IMG/VR virus record: IMGVR_UViG_3300010400_000026
Coordinates: 1 to 50,145 of that record
Length of the DNA: 50,145 nucleotides
Direction: 5' to 3' (one strand)
DNA from: a virus
Lineage: Duplodnaviria; Caudoviricetes
Part shown: one piece after another, positions 1 through 8,535 of the stretch
How the letters are laid out: the number at the start of each line of letters is the position of its first letter
How positions within the stretch are numbered: the first letter of the stretch is position 1
The notes under the pieces: model-generated
What the model was told of the DNA's origin: nothing
The model's database searches: none
What the model saw: the letters and a program-made list of their open reading frames with translations, nothing else
Translations under genes and position numbers: made by a program

Positions 1-2
1 AA

Positions 3-149
3 TCCGAGCACAAAGATGCCATGAAGGGCACGCCCAGCTCGGATAGCCTGCTCCTTAGCTGCCTGATGGGCAACACCCCGGAAGTGGATCTATCGGCCAC
101 CGGTGCGAGCGGCGCGGTCACTGGAACGGCCATTGTGGCCGGGCATTGA
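3..149 (+). CDS. 3' end of a gene, probably the C-terminus of the LamG-domain protein starting at 49201
   Basis: Open frame SEHKDAMKGTPSSDSLLLSCLMGNTPEVDLSATGASGAVTGTAIVAGH* ends at TGA 147-149 and is followed by the RBS (AAGGAG) of the next gene. Confidence 0.65.
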   Translation, partial: SEHKDAMKGTPSSDSLLLSCLMGNTPEVDLSATGASGAVTGTAIVAGH

Positions 150-164
150 AAGGAGTAAGGAACG

Positions 165-929
165 ATGACATCCGCTAAGACTCTTCACCTGTTCGGGGGC
201 CTGGCAGTGGCGTTTTTGCTGCTGGGTGCGCCGGTGCGTACCGGCAACGTGCGCTACAGCGACATCCGCCTGGAGGACCGGCAGGGCGACGGCACGAAGA
301 TCCAGACCGCCGGCACTAACTCGGGCACTCCAGGAGCCACGCTGTGCAATGACGCAACGGGCGCGGCGACGACGGTTGGCTGCTCAGTCGCAATTGGAGG
401 AACGGGTCTGGTTCTTCTAGAGACGCACACGGCTTCCGCGTCGGCATCCCTTGCTTTCACATCCTGCCTCAGTAGCAGTTACGACGCTTATCTTGTCACT
501 GTGGAAAAGATTGTCCCGAGCGCCGCGGGACTGTCGGTAACCCTGGTATTTTCGACCGATGGCGGCTCTAGTTATGACACTGGCTCTAATTACTACACCT
601 CCCAACTTTCATGGTCAACAGGAGGTGTCGGAGCTGGCGGGCCTGGAACCAGTACCGCTATTTTGCTTTTTCCTTTTACAGGCCGAACGATCAGCACCAC
701 GGCAAGCACAAGTACGACGGGGTGGTTTTACATCTATGGTCCATCGGGTTCGGGCTTCAAAAATGTCGATGGAGAATTTCAGTCTCCTGATAGCACCACA
801 AGCAACCCCCAGGCGCTGCAATTTCGTGGACGTTACAACATCACAACCGCGGTGAATGCGTTCAAAATCGGCGTTGCATCTAACAATATGACTTCTGGCA
901 GCATTCACTGCTATGGACTAGTCAAGTGA
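165..929 (+). CDS. Tail/fibre-associated protein with signal-peptide-like N-terminus
   Basis: Strong RBS. Hydrophobic N-terminus (LHLFGGLAVAFLLLGA). Thr/Ser/Gly-rich beta-type C-terminal module (GLVLLETHTASASASLAF...GSIHCYGL) typical of phage tail proteins. Confidence 0.6.
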   Translation: MTSAKTLHLFGGLAVAFLLLGAPVRTGNVRYSDIRLEDRQGDGTKIQTAGTNSGTPGATLCNDATGAATTVGCSVAIGGTGLVLLETHTASASASLAFTSCLSSSYDAYLVTVEKIVPSAAGLSVTLVFSTDGGSSYDTGSNYYTSQLSWSTGGVGAGGPGTSTAILLFPFTGRTISTTASTSTTGWFYIYGPSGSGFKNVDGEFQSPDSTTSNPQALQFRGRYNITTAVNAFKIGVASNNMTSGSIHCYGLVK

Positions 930-980
930 CATCATTTCCGGATTCGCCTCGTGTCGATGAGCATCACATCGCCATAGGCG

Positions 981-1568
981 TTGAAACGGCAACACACTAA
1001 CGTGGAGATCCGCGTATCACGCCCGTTCCCCCTGCACACCGTTCCTCGGGTCTGGATGTGGCTGCAAGAGTTCCGCTGGCGCGTAGCCGACGACTTCTCA
1101 CCACAAACGCTGGACGCCTTTGTGGAGGATTGGATCGAGCGCGCCGAGCTGGGCCGGGAAACCTGGGGCGTGTGGCGCGATGGCGAGCTCGGCGGCGTCG
1201 TGTGCGTCGATAAGGTTTCCCCGATCGTGGCGAGCTCGCACTTTTTGTTCAAGAAGAGTTTCTGGGGCTCGGAAACGACCGTAGCGGCAGTGGAGCAGGT
1301 CTTCCAGGAAGTGTTCGACACCGGCATCGAGCGGATCGTCTCGGTGGTCTTCCGCGATAACGCCAACGTGCTGGGCTTCGCGCGCCGGCTGGGCTTTGTA
1401 ACTGAAGGCACGCTTCGAAAAAACACCATGCGCCAGGGCAAGCTCGTGGACATGGTGGCGCTGGGGCTGCTGAAAGCGGACTTTGCGAAAGCGTACGCCG
1501 CGCGGCATCCGCAAGCACCAGTGATCGCAATACCCGTTCCTGAAACAGCCGTGGAGGTGGCCAGCTAA
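981..1568 (+). CDS. GNAT acetyltransferase (RimJ/RimL-like)
   Basis: FWGSETT, N..vl.FarRLGFvtEGtlRk motifs. Lies just before ejection proteins, as in many podophages. Start uncertain (TTG). Confidence 0.8.
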   Translation: MKRQHTNVEIRVSRPFPLHTVPRVWMWLQEFRWRVADDFSPQTLDAFVEDWIERAELGRETWGVWRDGELGGVVCVDKVSPIVASSHFLFKKSFWGSETTVAAVEQVFQEVFDTGIERIVSVVFRDNANVLGFARRLGFVTEGTLRKNTMRQGKLVDMVALGLLKADFAKAYAARHPQAPVIAIPVPETAVEVAS

Positions 1569-2218
1569 TGCCGCTCGGAACACTCGCGCAGCTCGCGTTC
1601 ATGGGTGGCAGCGCATTGGGTGGATGGCTGGGTAACCGGAAAGGCGCGCGCACCGGCACGCAATCGTCCACTGACAGCGGCTCGACGCGGCGCATTTTGA
1701 CGCCCTACCAGGAGAACATTCAATCGCCGCTGTTCGGCCTGGTCGACAAGCTGCTGAAGAATCCCAAGGGCTATCTAGAACCGTTCCGCCAGAGTTCACT
1801 CACGCGGGTGAATGACATGTACGCCAACGTCCCGCAGATTCTACGCAACCGGTTTCTGTCGTCGGGCGGCGGCGCCAGCGGCAAGTTTGGTACCGCCACG
1901 CGCATGGCGGAAATGTCGCGCCTGGGGGATCTCTCGCGCGTGAATCAAGGATTCGCGGAGCGCGAAGCCAGCCTGCCGCTCGAAGCGTCGAGCCTGGCGC
2001 AACAGTTACTCGGCATGAACTTCGGCAGCGAGTACAGCGGCAGCCGCGAAGGTCAATATACGCAGCCGGGCAGTGCAGCGGCGAGCGGCATCGGCAGCGG
2101 TCTGAGCACTCTGCTATCGCTGTTGGGGATCAACGCGGGCCTGGGCCGCGGCGACGTCGGGATCGGCGGCATATTGAGCCGCGGCGGAGCCGGTGGCTCG
2201 TTAGGAAAGGGAACATAG
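1568..2218 (+). CDS. DNA ejection/pilot protein (P22 gp7-like)
   Basis: Gly/Ser-rich hydrophobic termini and position as first of three ejection-like genes. Confidence 0.6.
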   Translation: MPLGTLAQLAFMGGSALGGWLGNRKGARTGTQSSTDSGSTRRILTPYQENIQSPLFGLVDKLLKNPKGYLEPFRQSSLTRVNDMYANVPQILRNRFLSSGGGASGKFGTATRMAEMSRLGDLSRVNQGFAEREASLPLEASSLAQQLLGMNFGSEYSGSREGQYTQPGSAAASGIGSGLSTLLSLLGINAGLGRGDVGIGGILSRGGAGGSLGKGT

Positions 2219-2221
2219 CCG

Positions 2222-3703
2222 ATGCCAATCGACATCTTCAATCCGGTCGCGGACGGCATGGCGCAAGGCGTGGCGATCGGCAACCTGCTGCGAAACTCGG
2301 CGCTTCAACAGAAACAACTCGAGCTGCAACAACAGTCCGAGGAACGCGTTCGGCAACACCAGGAAGCCACGCAGAAACGCGAAACCGCTGAACTGGAGGA
2401 ACATTTCGCCACCAATCCGGCTCTGCGGCGCCCGACGCTGAACGAACGCGCAGCGGCGACTACGGGCTTTGACTTCCAGCCGACCGGGTTCGGCGTGATT
2501 CCCGTCCCAAGCGACGCGCGCGACCGGATCGTCAAAACGCCTGGAGGCCGCGAGTACATCGCTAAAAGCCAGGAAGAGCAGCTGGCCGAACGAATCCAGC
2601 AGGCGCAGGCCCTGCAAGAGTCGCAGATTTCAGCCATGCAGCATATCCGTGAATTGCGCGGCGTGCCGCTCAACCCGGAAGTAGCGACAGAGTTGGGTCT
2701 GCCACCGGGGTTCAAAATCCTGCCGGAAGAAGCCCAGCATTTCGCTTCAACAATTGGCACGCTACAGGGACGCAAGACCGCAGCCCAGCAACATGCGGAA
2801 GAGCAAAAACAGCAGTTGAATTTCCGCGAGCGCCAGTTCGGAGAGACAGTACGTCACAACAGAGTGGAGGAAGCTCTGAAAGCACGGGAAGCCGATCCAT
2901 TAGGAATGCTCGGTTCAGGCGGCGCCCGAGGCAATGCCATGCCAGGTGGCGCAGACCTTCATGGTGATGAGTTCCTGAAAACCATTCCTGCGCAGATCGG
3001 CCGCCAGGTGAAGGCGCTTGCCGAGGGCCGTCAACAGTTCCCTGCCTCCTTCGCGCTCAAATCTCGGTATTGGCAGCAGATGATCGGCCTTGTCAGCCAG
3101 TACGATCCGTCCTTTGACGCTGTGAATTACAACGCGCGCTCGAAGACGCGCAATGCTTTCACTGCCGGCGCCGAATCGAAACAGGTGAACGCGCTCAATA
3201 CGGTCATCGGCCACCTGCAGGAGATGAGCAGCGCAGTCGACAAGCTGGACAATACGCGCTGGAAGCCGGTGAACACGCTAAAGAACTTCATCTCTGAACA
3301 AACCGGCGATCCAAATATCACGAATTTTAAAGCCATCCGCAATTCCGTTGTCGATGAGCTCGTGCGCGTCTGGCGGCAGTCGGGTGGCAGCGAACAGGAT
3401 ATCCAGGCTCGTCTGAAGGATCTGGACACAGCCAGCTCGCCCAAGCAGTTGCACGGTGTGATTTCAAAGCTCGTGGACCTGCTGCAAAGCAAACTGGAGG
3501 CTTTCGATACCCAGTACCAGACCGGCATGGGAACGACGGCACAGGGCTTCAGCACACTGACTCCAAAAAACCGGCGCATTGTGGAAAAGCTGAAAATCAA
3601 AGCCGGCGAACGCGTGGAAGGGCAAGAGGCATTACCAACTACGTCGCCCAAGGTAGTGCGTTGGACCCGTGACGCTCAGGGCAATCCTGTACCGGAAAAC
3701 TAA
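2222..3703 (+). CDS. DNA ejection protein (helical, Gln-rich)
   Basis: 493 aa, coiled-coil-rich, translationally coupled within the ejection module. Confidence 0.55.
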   Translation: MPIDIFNPVADGMAQGVAIGNLLRNSALQQKQLELQQQSEERVRQHQEATQKRETAELEEHFATNPALRRPTLNERAAATTGFDFQPTGFGVIPVPSDARDRIVKTPGGREYIAKSQEEQLAERIQQAQALQESQISAMQHIRELRGVPLNPEVATELGLPPGFKILPEEAQHFASTIGTLQGRKTAAQQHAEEQKQQLNFRERQFGETVRHNRVEEALKAREADPLGMLGSGGARGNAMPGGADLHGDEFLKTIPAQIGRQVKALAEGRQQFPASFALKSRYWQQMIGLVSQYDPSFDAVNYNARSKTRNAFTAGAESKQVNALNTVIGHLQEMSSAVDKLDNTRWKPVNTLKNFISEQTGDPNITNFKAIRNSVVDELVRVWRQSGGSEQDIQARLKDLDTASSPKQLHGVISKLVDLLQSKLEAFDTQYQTGMGTTAQGFSTLTPKNRRIVEKLKIKAGERVEGQEALPTTSPKVVRWTRDAQGNPVPEN

Positions 3704-5646
3704 TGCCGCAACAGATCCAATTCGAGGGGAACACCCACGAATTCCCGGATGATTTCTCGCAAGCGGATATCAGCAAAGCGCTGGTGTCTCTGCATCCGGC
3801 CGAGACTGGGCAGGCGAAAGTTCCAGATCAGACCGTCGGGCACTTCCTGAATCGTGCGGTGCTCGGCACGGCTTCCGGTCTCCTCAGCACCGCCAAGCGT
3901 GCCATGACACAGCCGGAAACTCCCGGCGATATTGCTGCCGCCGCGGCCATGGGGCCACTCGGACCGCTGGTCAAAGATGTCGTCGGATCGCACGTTGAAA
4001 CAGCCAAGAAAGCCCGCAACGCCTTCCGGGAGGGCCGTTATAGTGAAGCTGCTGGTTATGCGGGAGCGACGGCGCTGCCGATGGTGGGACCGTGGGCGGC
4101 TGGAATCGGCGAGACGATCGGCGAGGGCGATATCGCCGGCGGGTTGGGTGACCTGGCGGGTGGCCTGGCGCTGCCGGAAGTCGTCAAGCGATTGCCGGCG
4201 ATTCCGATCAAGCCGCGTATCAAGGGCTCGCTCAATCCGGTAGAAACCGCAGCCGTCGATTTCGCGGAGCGCAAAGACATCCCAATCTCAGCCGGCGCGA
4301 AGACGCAAAACACTGCCATCAAAGGTGTGCAAGCACTCGCGGAGCATCAGCCACTAGGGGCCTTTGTCGCCCGGCGAGCCAAGAGAGCAACCGAGGAAGG
4401 GCTGACGCGTGTTAGTGGAGAACTGGCGAATGAAGCGCATCCGGCGCCGATGATGCCGGAAGGCGCCGCCGAATCTGTAAAGGGCGGGCTGCAAGCGCGG
4501 ATTTCCGGCTTCAGCAAAGAAGCGGACACTGCGTATTCGAAGCTGCGCGAGATCGAGAGCGATCCCGCGAACCTGCGGCCAGTCGGCAAAGAGAAACAGA
4601 TTCCGGTAAAAGACTCGACCGGTACCGTCGTCGCGGATCAGAATGGCGTGCCGCTGATGCGCACGGTTCGCGAGCAAGTAGCGCTGCCCGTTGACATGCG
4701 CAACGTGAAAACGGCGTTGCGGCCGATCGAAAAGGAAATGTTCGAACGCATGCCGCCGGCGCAGCGGCTGGCGGATCCCGCACTGAACGCGGTCAGCCGG
4801 ATTCTCGATCGCCCGAACTATCTATCGGCATCGGCTGCGGAAGCGGACCTCGGCTACCTCAAATCAATTCTGCGCAAAAATGTTTCGGCCACCAGCAAGC
4901 ACATCGCGCGCGAGGCTATCGACGAGCTGGACAGCCAGGTGCAGAATGCCGTCTCGCAGGGCGGGCAGGAAGCGCTGAAGGCGCTGCAACAGGGGCGGGC
5001 GGCCACCAAAGCCAAATACGTCACGAAAGAAGTCCTCGACGACCTGCGGGCCGAGCCGGTGCAGGCGTTCAATCAGATGCTGTGGCGAGAAGACACCGGT
5101 ATCGATATGCTGCGCCGCGTGGCGAAGGAAGTGCCGAGCGAGATGCCGAAGGTCGGACGCGCCTACATCCAGGAACTATTCGACACATCCAAGCAGGAGG
5201 GCGGATTCAATCGCTCGCAGGCTGCCCTGCGGAGCTGGCAGAACCTGGGGCCGGAAACGAAAAAGATCCTGTATCCCAATCCGTTCCTGCGGCGCGAGAT
5301 GGACAATTTCTTCAATCTGGCGGCCAAAGTTGCGGAGAATCCGAATCCCAGCGGATCAGCCGTGATCGGTTCGCATGTCGCTGGGGGCGCCCTGATACTC
5401 CACAACCCACTTTCCGGCGGCGCGTGGCTGTTATCCGGGTACGGAGCCGCGAAACTGTTTTTCACGCCGGGCGGCGTGCGGCTGTTGACGCAGGCCATCA
5501 AGATTCAGCCGAGCCGCGCGGCCGGGGCGTTGCGTGTGGGTCAGATTTTGCGGTTGGTCGGGAAGGATGCGAAGCCGGTCGAGCTGCCGCTGGCGGCTAC
5601 GTCCACTTCCCCGTCACAACAAACCGAAGAAGCCAGCCTACGCTGA
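3703..5646 (+). CDS. Large DNA ejection/transfer protein (P22 gp16-like)
   Basis: N-terminal EFPDDFS motif, Gly/Ala hydrophobic segments, C-terminal NPSGSA motif typical of this class. Confidence 0.6.
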   Translation: MPQQIQFEGNTHEFPDDFSQADISKALVSLHPAETGQAKVPDQTVGHFLNRAVLGTASGLLSTAKRAMTQPETPGDIAAAAAMGPLGPLVKDVVGSHVETAKKARNAFREGRYSEAAGYAGATALPMVGPWAAGIGETIGEGDIAGGLGDLAGGLALPEVVKRLPAIPIKPRIKGSLNPVETAAVDFAERKDIPISAGAKTQNTAIKGVQALAEHQPLGAFVARRAKRATEEGLTRVSGELANEAHPAPMMPEGAAESVKGGLQARISGFSKEADTAYSKLREIESDPANLRPVGKEKQIPVKDSTGTVVADQNGVPLMRTVREQVALPVDMRNVKTALRPIEKEMFERMPPAQRLADPALNAVSRILDRPNYLSASAAEADLGYLKSILRKNVSATSKHIAREAIDELDSQVQNAVSQGGQEALKALQQGRAATKAKYVTKEVLDDLRAEPVQAFNQMLWREDTGIDMLRRVAKEVPSEMPKVGRAYIQELFDTSKQEGGFNRSQAALRSWQNLGPETKKILYPNPFLRREMDNFFNLAAKVAENPNPSGSAVIGSHVAGGALILHNPLSGGAWLLSGYGAAKLFFTPGGVRLLTQAIKIQPSRAAGALRVGQILRLVGKDAKPVELPLAATSTSPSQQTEEASLR

Positions 5647-5767
5647 TGGGCAAGGTGAGCAGCATCGTTTGTTCGAAGGTCATGGTTTGGGTGCCGGTGC
5701 TCTGGATGGCAATGACGCCTATCCCCATCCAGAGGGCAGAGAAGACCAGCCAGGCACGGCGTAGCAC
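5597..5767 (-). CDS. Small two-TM membrane protein, possible superinfection exclusion factor
   Basis: GTG start: MLRRAWLVFSALWMGIGVIAI...MLLTLPISVGWLLRFVVTGKWT. Antisense to and overlapping the end of the large ejection gene. Confidence 0.5.
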   Translation of the reverse strand: MLRRAWLVFSALWMGIGVIAIQSTGTQTMTFEQTMLLTLPISVGWLLRFVVTGKWT

Positions 5768-5810
5768 GGCATGAATGTTATCACAACAAGGCGAAGAGTG
5801 ACACCCCGGC

Positions 5811-5820
5811 GACGGCAATT
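5811..5820 (+). promoter_or_regulatory. GACGGCAATT, candidate late-promoter element
   Basis: Same 9-mer as at 23735, 23929 and 36827. Confidence 0.35.
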
Positions 5821-5904
5821 AACATACAGTTCGCTGCCACCGCAGCCCAAGGAGAAACGCGACGTGCTGATGCCCAAGGTTCGGGAGTTGCTGCGGGCGG
5901 ATCC

Positions 5905-6243
5905 GTGAGCGCCATGATCCGGTTTCTCGGCTCGATTGTCTCGCTGGTTTGGCTCTGGGGTTCGTTCTTTGTTGCCGGCCAGATGCAGGTCAATCAATCG
6001 CGTACCGTGCAGGAGCGCTTTTACGAACATCTGCGGACTTCCGATGTGGAATCGGAAAAGCTCGCCCAGCTTCAGCGCCAGGTGCAGGGTTTCGATGCGA
6101 TGCGGCTGGATTCGCGGCTGACGGTGCTGGAGACGCGTGCAGCCGTTCTGCAGTGGCTGGTGACCGGGCTATTCTTTCCGGTGAGCATCAGTGCGGTGGA
6201 AGCGCTGTTGCGGATGTGGGACAAGAAACGCCACCAGCCGTAG
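5905..6243 (+). CDS. Two-TM membrane protein with coiled-coil linker (holin/XhlA-like)
   Basis: Two hydrophobic segments, RLTVLE heptad before TM2, basic C-terminal tail. Confidence 0.45.
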   Translation: MSAMIRFLGSIVSLVWLWGSFFVAGQMQVNQSRTVQERFYEHLRTSDVESEKLAQLQRQVQGFDAMRLDSRLTVLETRAAVLQWLVTGLFFPVSISAVEALLRMWDKKRHQP

Positions 6244-6266
6244 GCCGCTGCTACAGTAAGAATTCC

Positions 6267-6539
6267 ATGTCAGACGCAGAAGTTTTGGAAGAGTTGATTG
6301 AGCGGGCGCGGAACGTGAAGGCGCGGTTGGTGAGGCTCTCCGATGCGGCCCTGGTCTATTCCGAGCGGTTCCTGGAGCTCGGGCGGGCGCTCAAAGCGGA
6401 AGGCGGTCTGCGTGCCGGTTTCCCGTTTGAGGACTGCGACGTGGCCGAAGTGAAACGCATTTTAGAGGAGTTGCCGGAGCTGCGATCGGAACTGAGCAAC
6501 CTGGAACACCGGATCAAGCGGAGAACGGCACTCGAATAG
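6267..6539 (+). CDS. Hypothetical coiled-coil protein
   Basis: ATG 6267 (MSDAEVLEELIERA), helical sequence. Confidence 0.6.
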   Translation: MSDAEVLEELIERARNVKARLVRLSDAALVYSERFLELGRALKAEGGLRAGFPFEDCDVAEVKRILEELPELRSELSNLEHRIKRRTALE

Positions 6540-6542
6540 CCT

Positions 6543-6908
6543 ATGGAATACTTTTGCATGGACGTGGCCAACGCCAGAATCGCTTCCGAAGCTGCGCCGC
6601 GTATTCACGCATTGCTGCTGAAGGTGCTGGGCCCGGCGAAAGCGAGACCGACGATGACGATGAACCGCGAGTGGCTGGTGGATTTCAAGGAACTCTCGCA
6701 GCTGAGCATTCCGTGCACAAAATGCAAAACGCGCGTGCTGCTGGACGCAACCGATCAGGATGCGCGGATACCGGATGAATGCCCGGCGTGCGGTGCCGAA
6801 TATGGCGAGGTCTTCCGGAGCACGCTGAAGCTGTACCGGGATGTCTACCGCAGATTGGCGGACCCGGGCGGCCACGCGGTGCAGGTGCGGATCGCGTCGG
6901 CAGACTAA
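6543..6908 (+). CDS. Zinc-ribbon protein
   Basis: CTKC...CPAC. True start may be near 6654-6660. Confidence 0.55.
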   Translation: MEYFCMDVANARIASEAAPRIHALLLKVLGPAKARPTMTMNREWLVDFKELSQLSIPCTKCKTRVLLDATDQDARIPDECPACGAEYGEVFRSTLKLYRDVYRRLADPGGHAVQVRIASAD

Positions 6909-6917
6909 GCTAAGCGT

Positions 6918-7610
6918 TTACTTCGCAGCAGTCGGTTTGACTTCGATCTGTGCCGGCGCCGACCGCTGCGGAAGGTTTAATAACCCGTCTCTTAACGCAG
7001 CCGCGCCGGAGTTCTTCGCGATCAGATACAAACCATCCAGATAATCAACAAGCGTCACCTTCCCGGGTTTGAACGCTTCGAGTAAGCCGACGATTGCCAC
7101 CCGATAGTCATCAAAATCCGGCCGCCGAGAGCGTAGAACTTGAATCGCCTGGCTGAAAGCAGGCTCACCAATATCGAATGGAAGCGCGGCCTCCGGAATT
7201 TGGCGCTGATGCAATTCTCGAAGTGCGGCAGTCTCGGCAGCCGCCAATTGTTCCTCCCGCCGTGCGCGCGCTCGTAAGAATTCGGCCTCTGCTTGCGCCC
7301 TTTGTGCCCGTGCACCTGCTTCCAGTCCACGCCCGAGAGCCTCGGCTGGGTTGAAAACCTGAACCTGTGCAACGGCACAAGGAAACAGCTGTGTCGCAAA
7401 ACCCAAAATCACCAATACTTTCATGGCTTGTCCTCCTACCGTTCGCTCAATGAGTTCTTCCATTTCTGTCCGGTATAGCTGAAGTAGTTCCTCCGCGTGG
7501 CGTAGCAACTGCACTAGGCTTCGCATCCGCGCCAGCATTTCATCCGCGGCCTCCCGCCCGTTTTTTCTTCGTTTTGACAGCAGGATGAGATTGCTGGTGT
7601 TGGCTGCCAT
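6918..7610 (-). CDS. Lysogeny-operon protein; internal start at 7424 gives a secreted 168-aa protein
   Basis: In-frame internal GGAGG RBS plus ATG (7424) followed by signal peptide MKVLVILGFATQLFPCAVAQ. Lies downstream of the repressor. Confidence 0.6.
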   Translation of the reverse strand: MAANTSNLILLSKRRKNGREAADEMLARMRSLVQLLRHAEELLQLYRTEMEELIERTVGGQAMKVLVILGFATQLFPCAVAQVQVFNPAEALGRGLEAGARAQRAQAEAEFLRARARREEQLAAAETAALRELHQRQIPEAALPFDIGEPAFSQAIQVLRSRRPDFDDYRVAIVGLLEAFKPGKVTLVDYLDGLYLIAKNSGAAALRDGLLNLPQRSAPAQIEVKPTAAK

Positions 7611-7920
7611 GCCCCCTGACCTGAACGTACTCCTGAAAGACCTCCAGGCTCTGAGTCACCATGCTGATCGCGCGATCGTTGCCGCTTCGCAATACTTCGT
7701 CGAGCATTTCGAACAGCTTACGGTGCTGAGGAGGATATTGTGCCCCAACGGTGGCCGCAGGCTCAATCAGGGGTTTCCCTCCCCCTTTGTGTAGGTACTC
7801 CTCGACGGCTTTCTGTGTGACGGCCCACAGAGGCAGTTCCTCATCGAGCGCGCGCTTTTTCAGTTCCTTATGGAGCGTTTCCAGCATCTCCATCCCGAAC
7901 TTTTTTCGCTTCTGTTCCAT
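7540..7920 (-). CDS. Putative repressor with N-terminal ribbon-helix-helix
   Basis: KKFGMEM-LETLHKELKKRALDEE-LPLWAVTQKAVEEYL fits the Arc/CopG RHH pattern. Leftward gene at the divergence point with an extra C-terminal helical domain. Confidence 0.65.
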   Translation of the reverse strand: MEQKRKKFGMEMLETLHKELKKRALDEELPLWAVTQKAVEEYLHKGGGKPLIEPAATVGAQYPPQHRKLFEMLDEVLRSGNDRAISMVTQSLEVFQEYVQVRGHGSQHQQSHPAVKTKKKRAGGRG

Positions 7921-7928
7921 CGGTTTAC

Positions 7929-7942
7929 GTGCACGAGTGCAC
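7929..7942. promoter_or_regulatory. Operator 1, GTGCACgaGTGCAC
   Basis: Dyad of two palindromic hexamers just upstream of the repressor ATG. Confidence 0.7.
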
Positions 7943-7950
7943 TTTTGGTA

Positions 7951-7978
7951 TTGACTTAGTGCACCAGTGCACTATACT
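7951..7978 (+). promoter_or_regulatory. Sigma-70 early promoter TTGACT-N16-TATACT containing operator 2 (GTGCACcaGTGCAC, 7959-7972)
   Basis: Near-consensus -35/-10 with the operator dyad filling the spacer. Confidence 0.75.
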
Positions 7979-7987
7979 GCTCATGTA

Positions 7988-8158
7988 ATGCAACCGAACA
8001 CAGTAACACAGCCAGACGAGGCAAACACCACGATCGGAACTATGCGGTGGCCCACTGAGTTGTGGAGAGCGATCAGGAAGCTCGGCATAGACCGCGGCAA
8101 GTCTGGACAACAGATCGTTATCGAAGTCATGGAGCAGTGGCTGAAAGACCAACGCTGA
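7988..8158 (+). CDS. Small RHH regulator (Cro-position)
   Basis: GTMRWPTELWRAIRKLGIDRGKSGQQIVIEVMEQWL, an RHH pattern. ATG lies about 10 nt after the -10 box, so probably leaderless. Confidence 0.7.
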   Translation: MQPNTVTQPDEANTTIGTMRWPTELWRAIRKLGIDRGKSGQQIVIEVMEQWLKDQR

Positions 8159-8171
8159 AAGGAACGCATCC

Positions 8172-8525
8172 ATGGCGATCACGCCCACGCAGGAACACGA
8201 TTCGGAAACCGGCAGGATGTCCAGCATCCCCCCGGCGAACGAACGCGCACAGGGCACGGCAAGCGCAATTTCCGAGAGTAGCGACGTTGCACGTGGAACG
8301 GGTGAGGCCGCCGTACAAGGCCGTCCAAAGGCGAGGCGTGTGGCGAACCGTGATCGCGGATTCACAGCGGCGGAACTTTCACCGCGCTTCCGCGCACGCA
8401 TCTTTCTGGAGTTTGTAGAGAACCCCTCGACGGACCGGATCGCGGACCGATTTCACGTGCCGCGCATGACGGTGATTGAAGCAGTGCTGTATGAGCAAGT
8501 GCGCCGAGATCGACGCTCGGCCTGA
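8172..8525 (+). CDS. Hypothetical protein with C-terminal HTH-like segment
   Basis: RBS AAGGA; STDRIADRFHVPRMTVIEAV. Confidence 0.55.
   Translation: MAITPTQEHDSETGRMSSIPPANERAQGTASAISESSDVARGTGEAAVQGRPKARRVANRDRGFTAAELSPRFRARIFLEFVENPSTDRIADRFHVPRMTVIEAVLYEQVRRDRRSA
8285..8300. promoter_or_regulatory. parS-like palindrome CGTTGCACGTGGAACG
   Basis: One mismatch to the common parS core GTTCCACGTGGAAC. Confidence 0.3.
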
Positions 8526-8535
8526 AAGGAGACGT

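Noticed and set aside
5771-5908. 45-aa Arg-rich ORF
   Set aside because: No SD and it overlaps probable promoter sequence, so support is insufficient.
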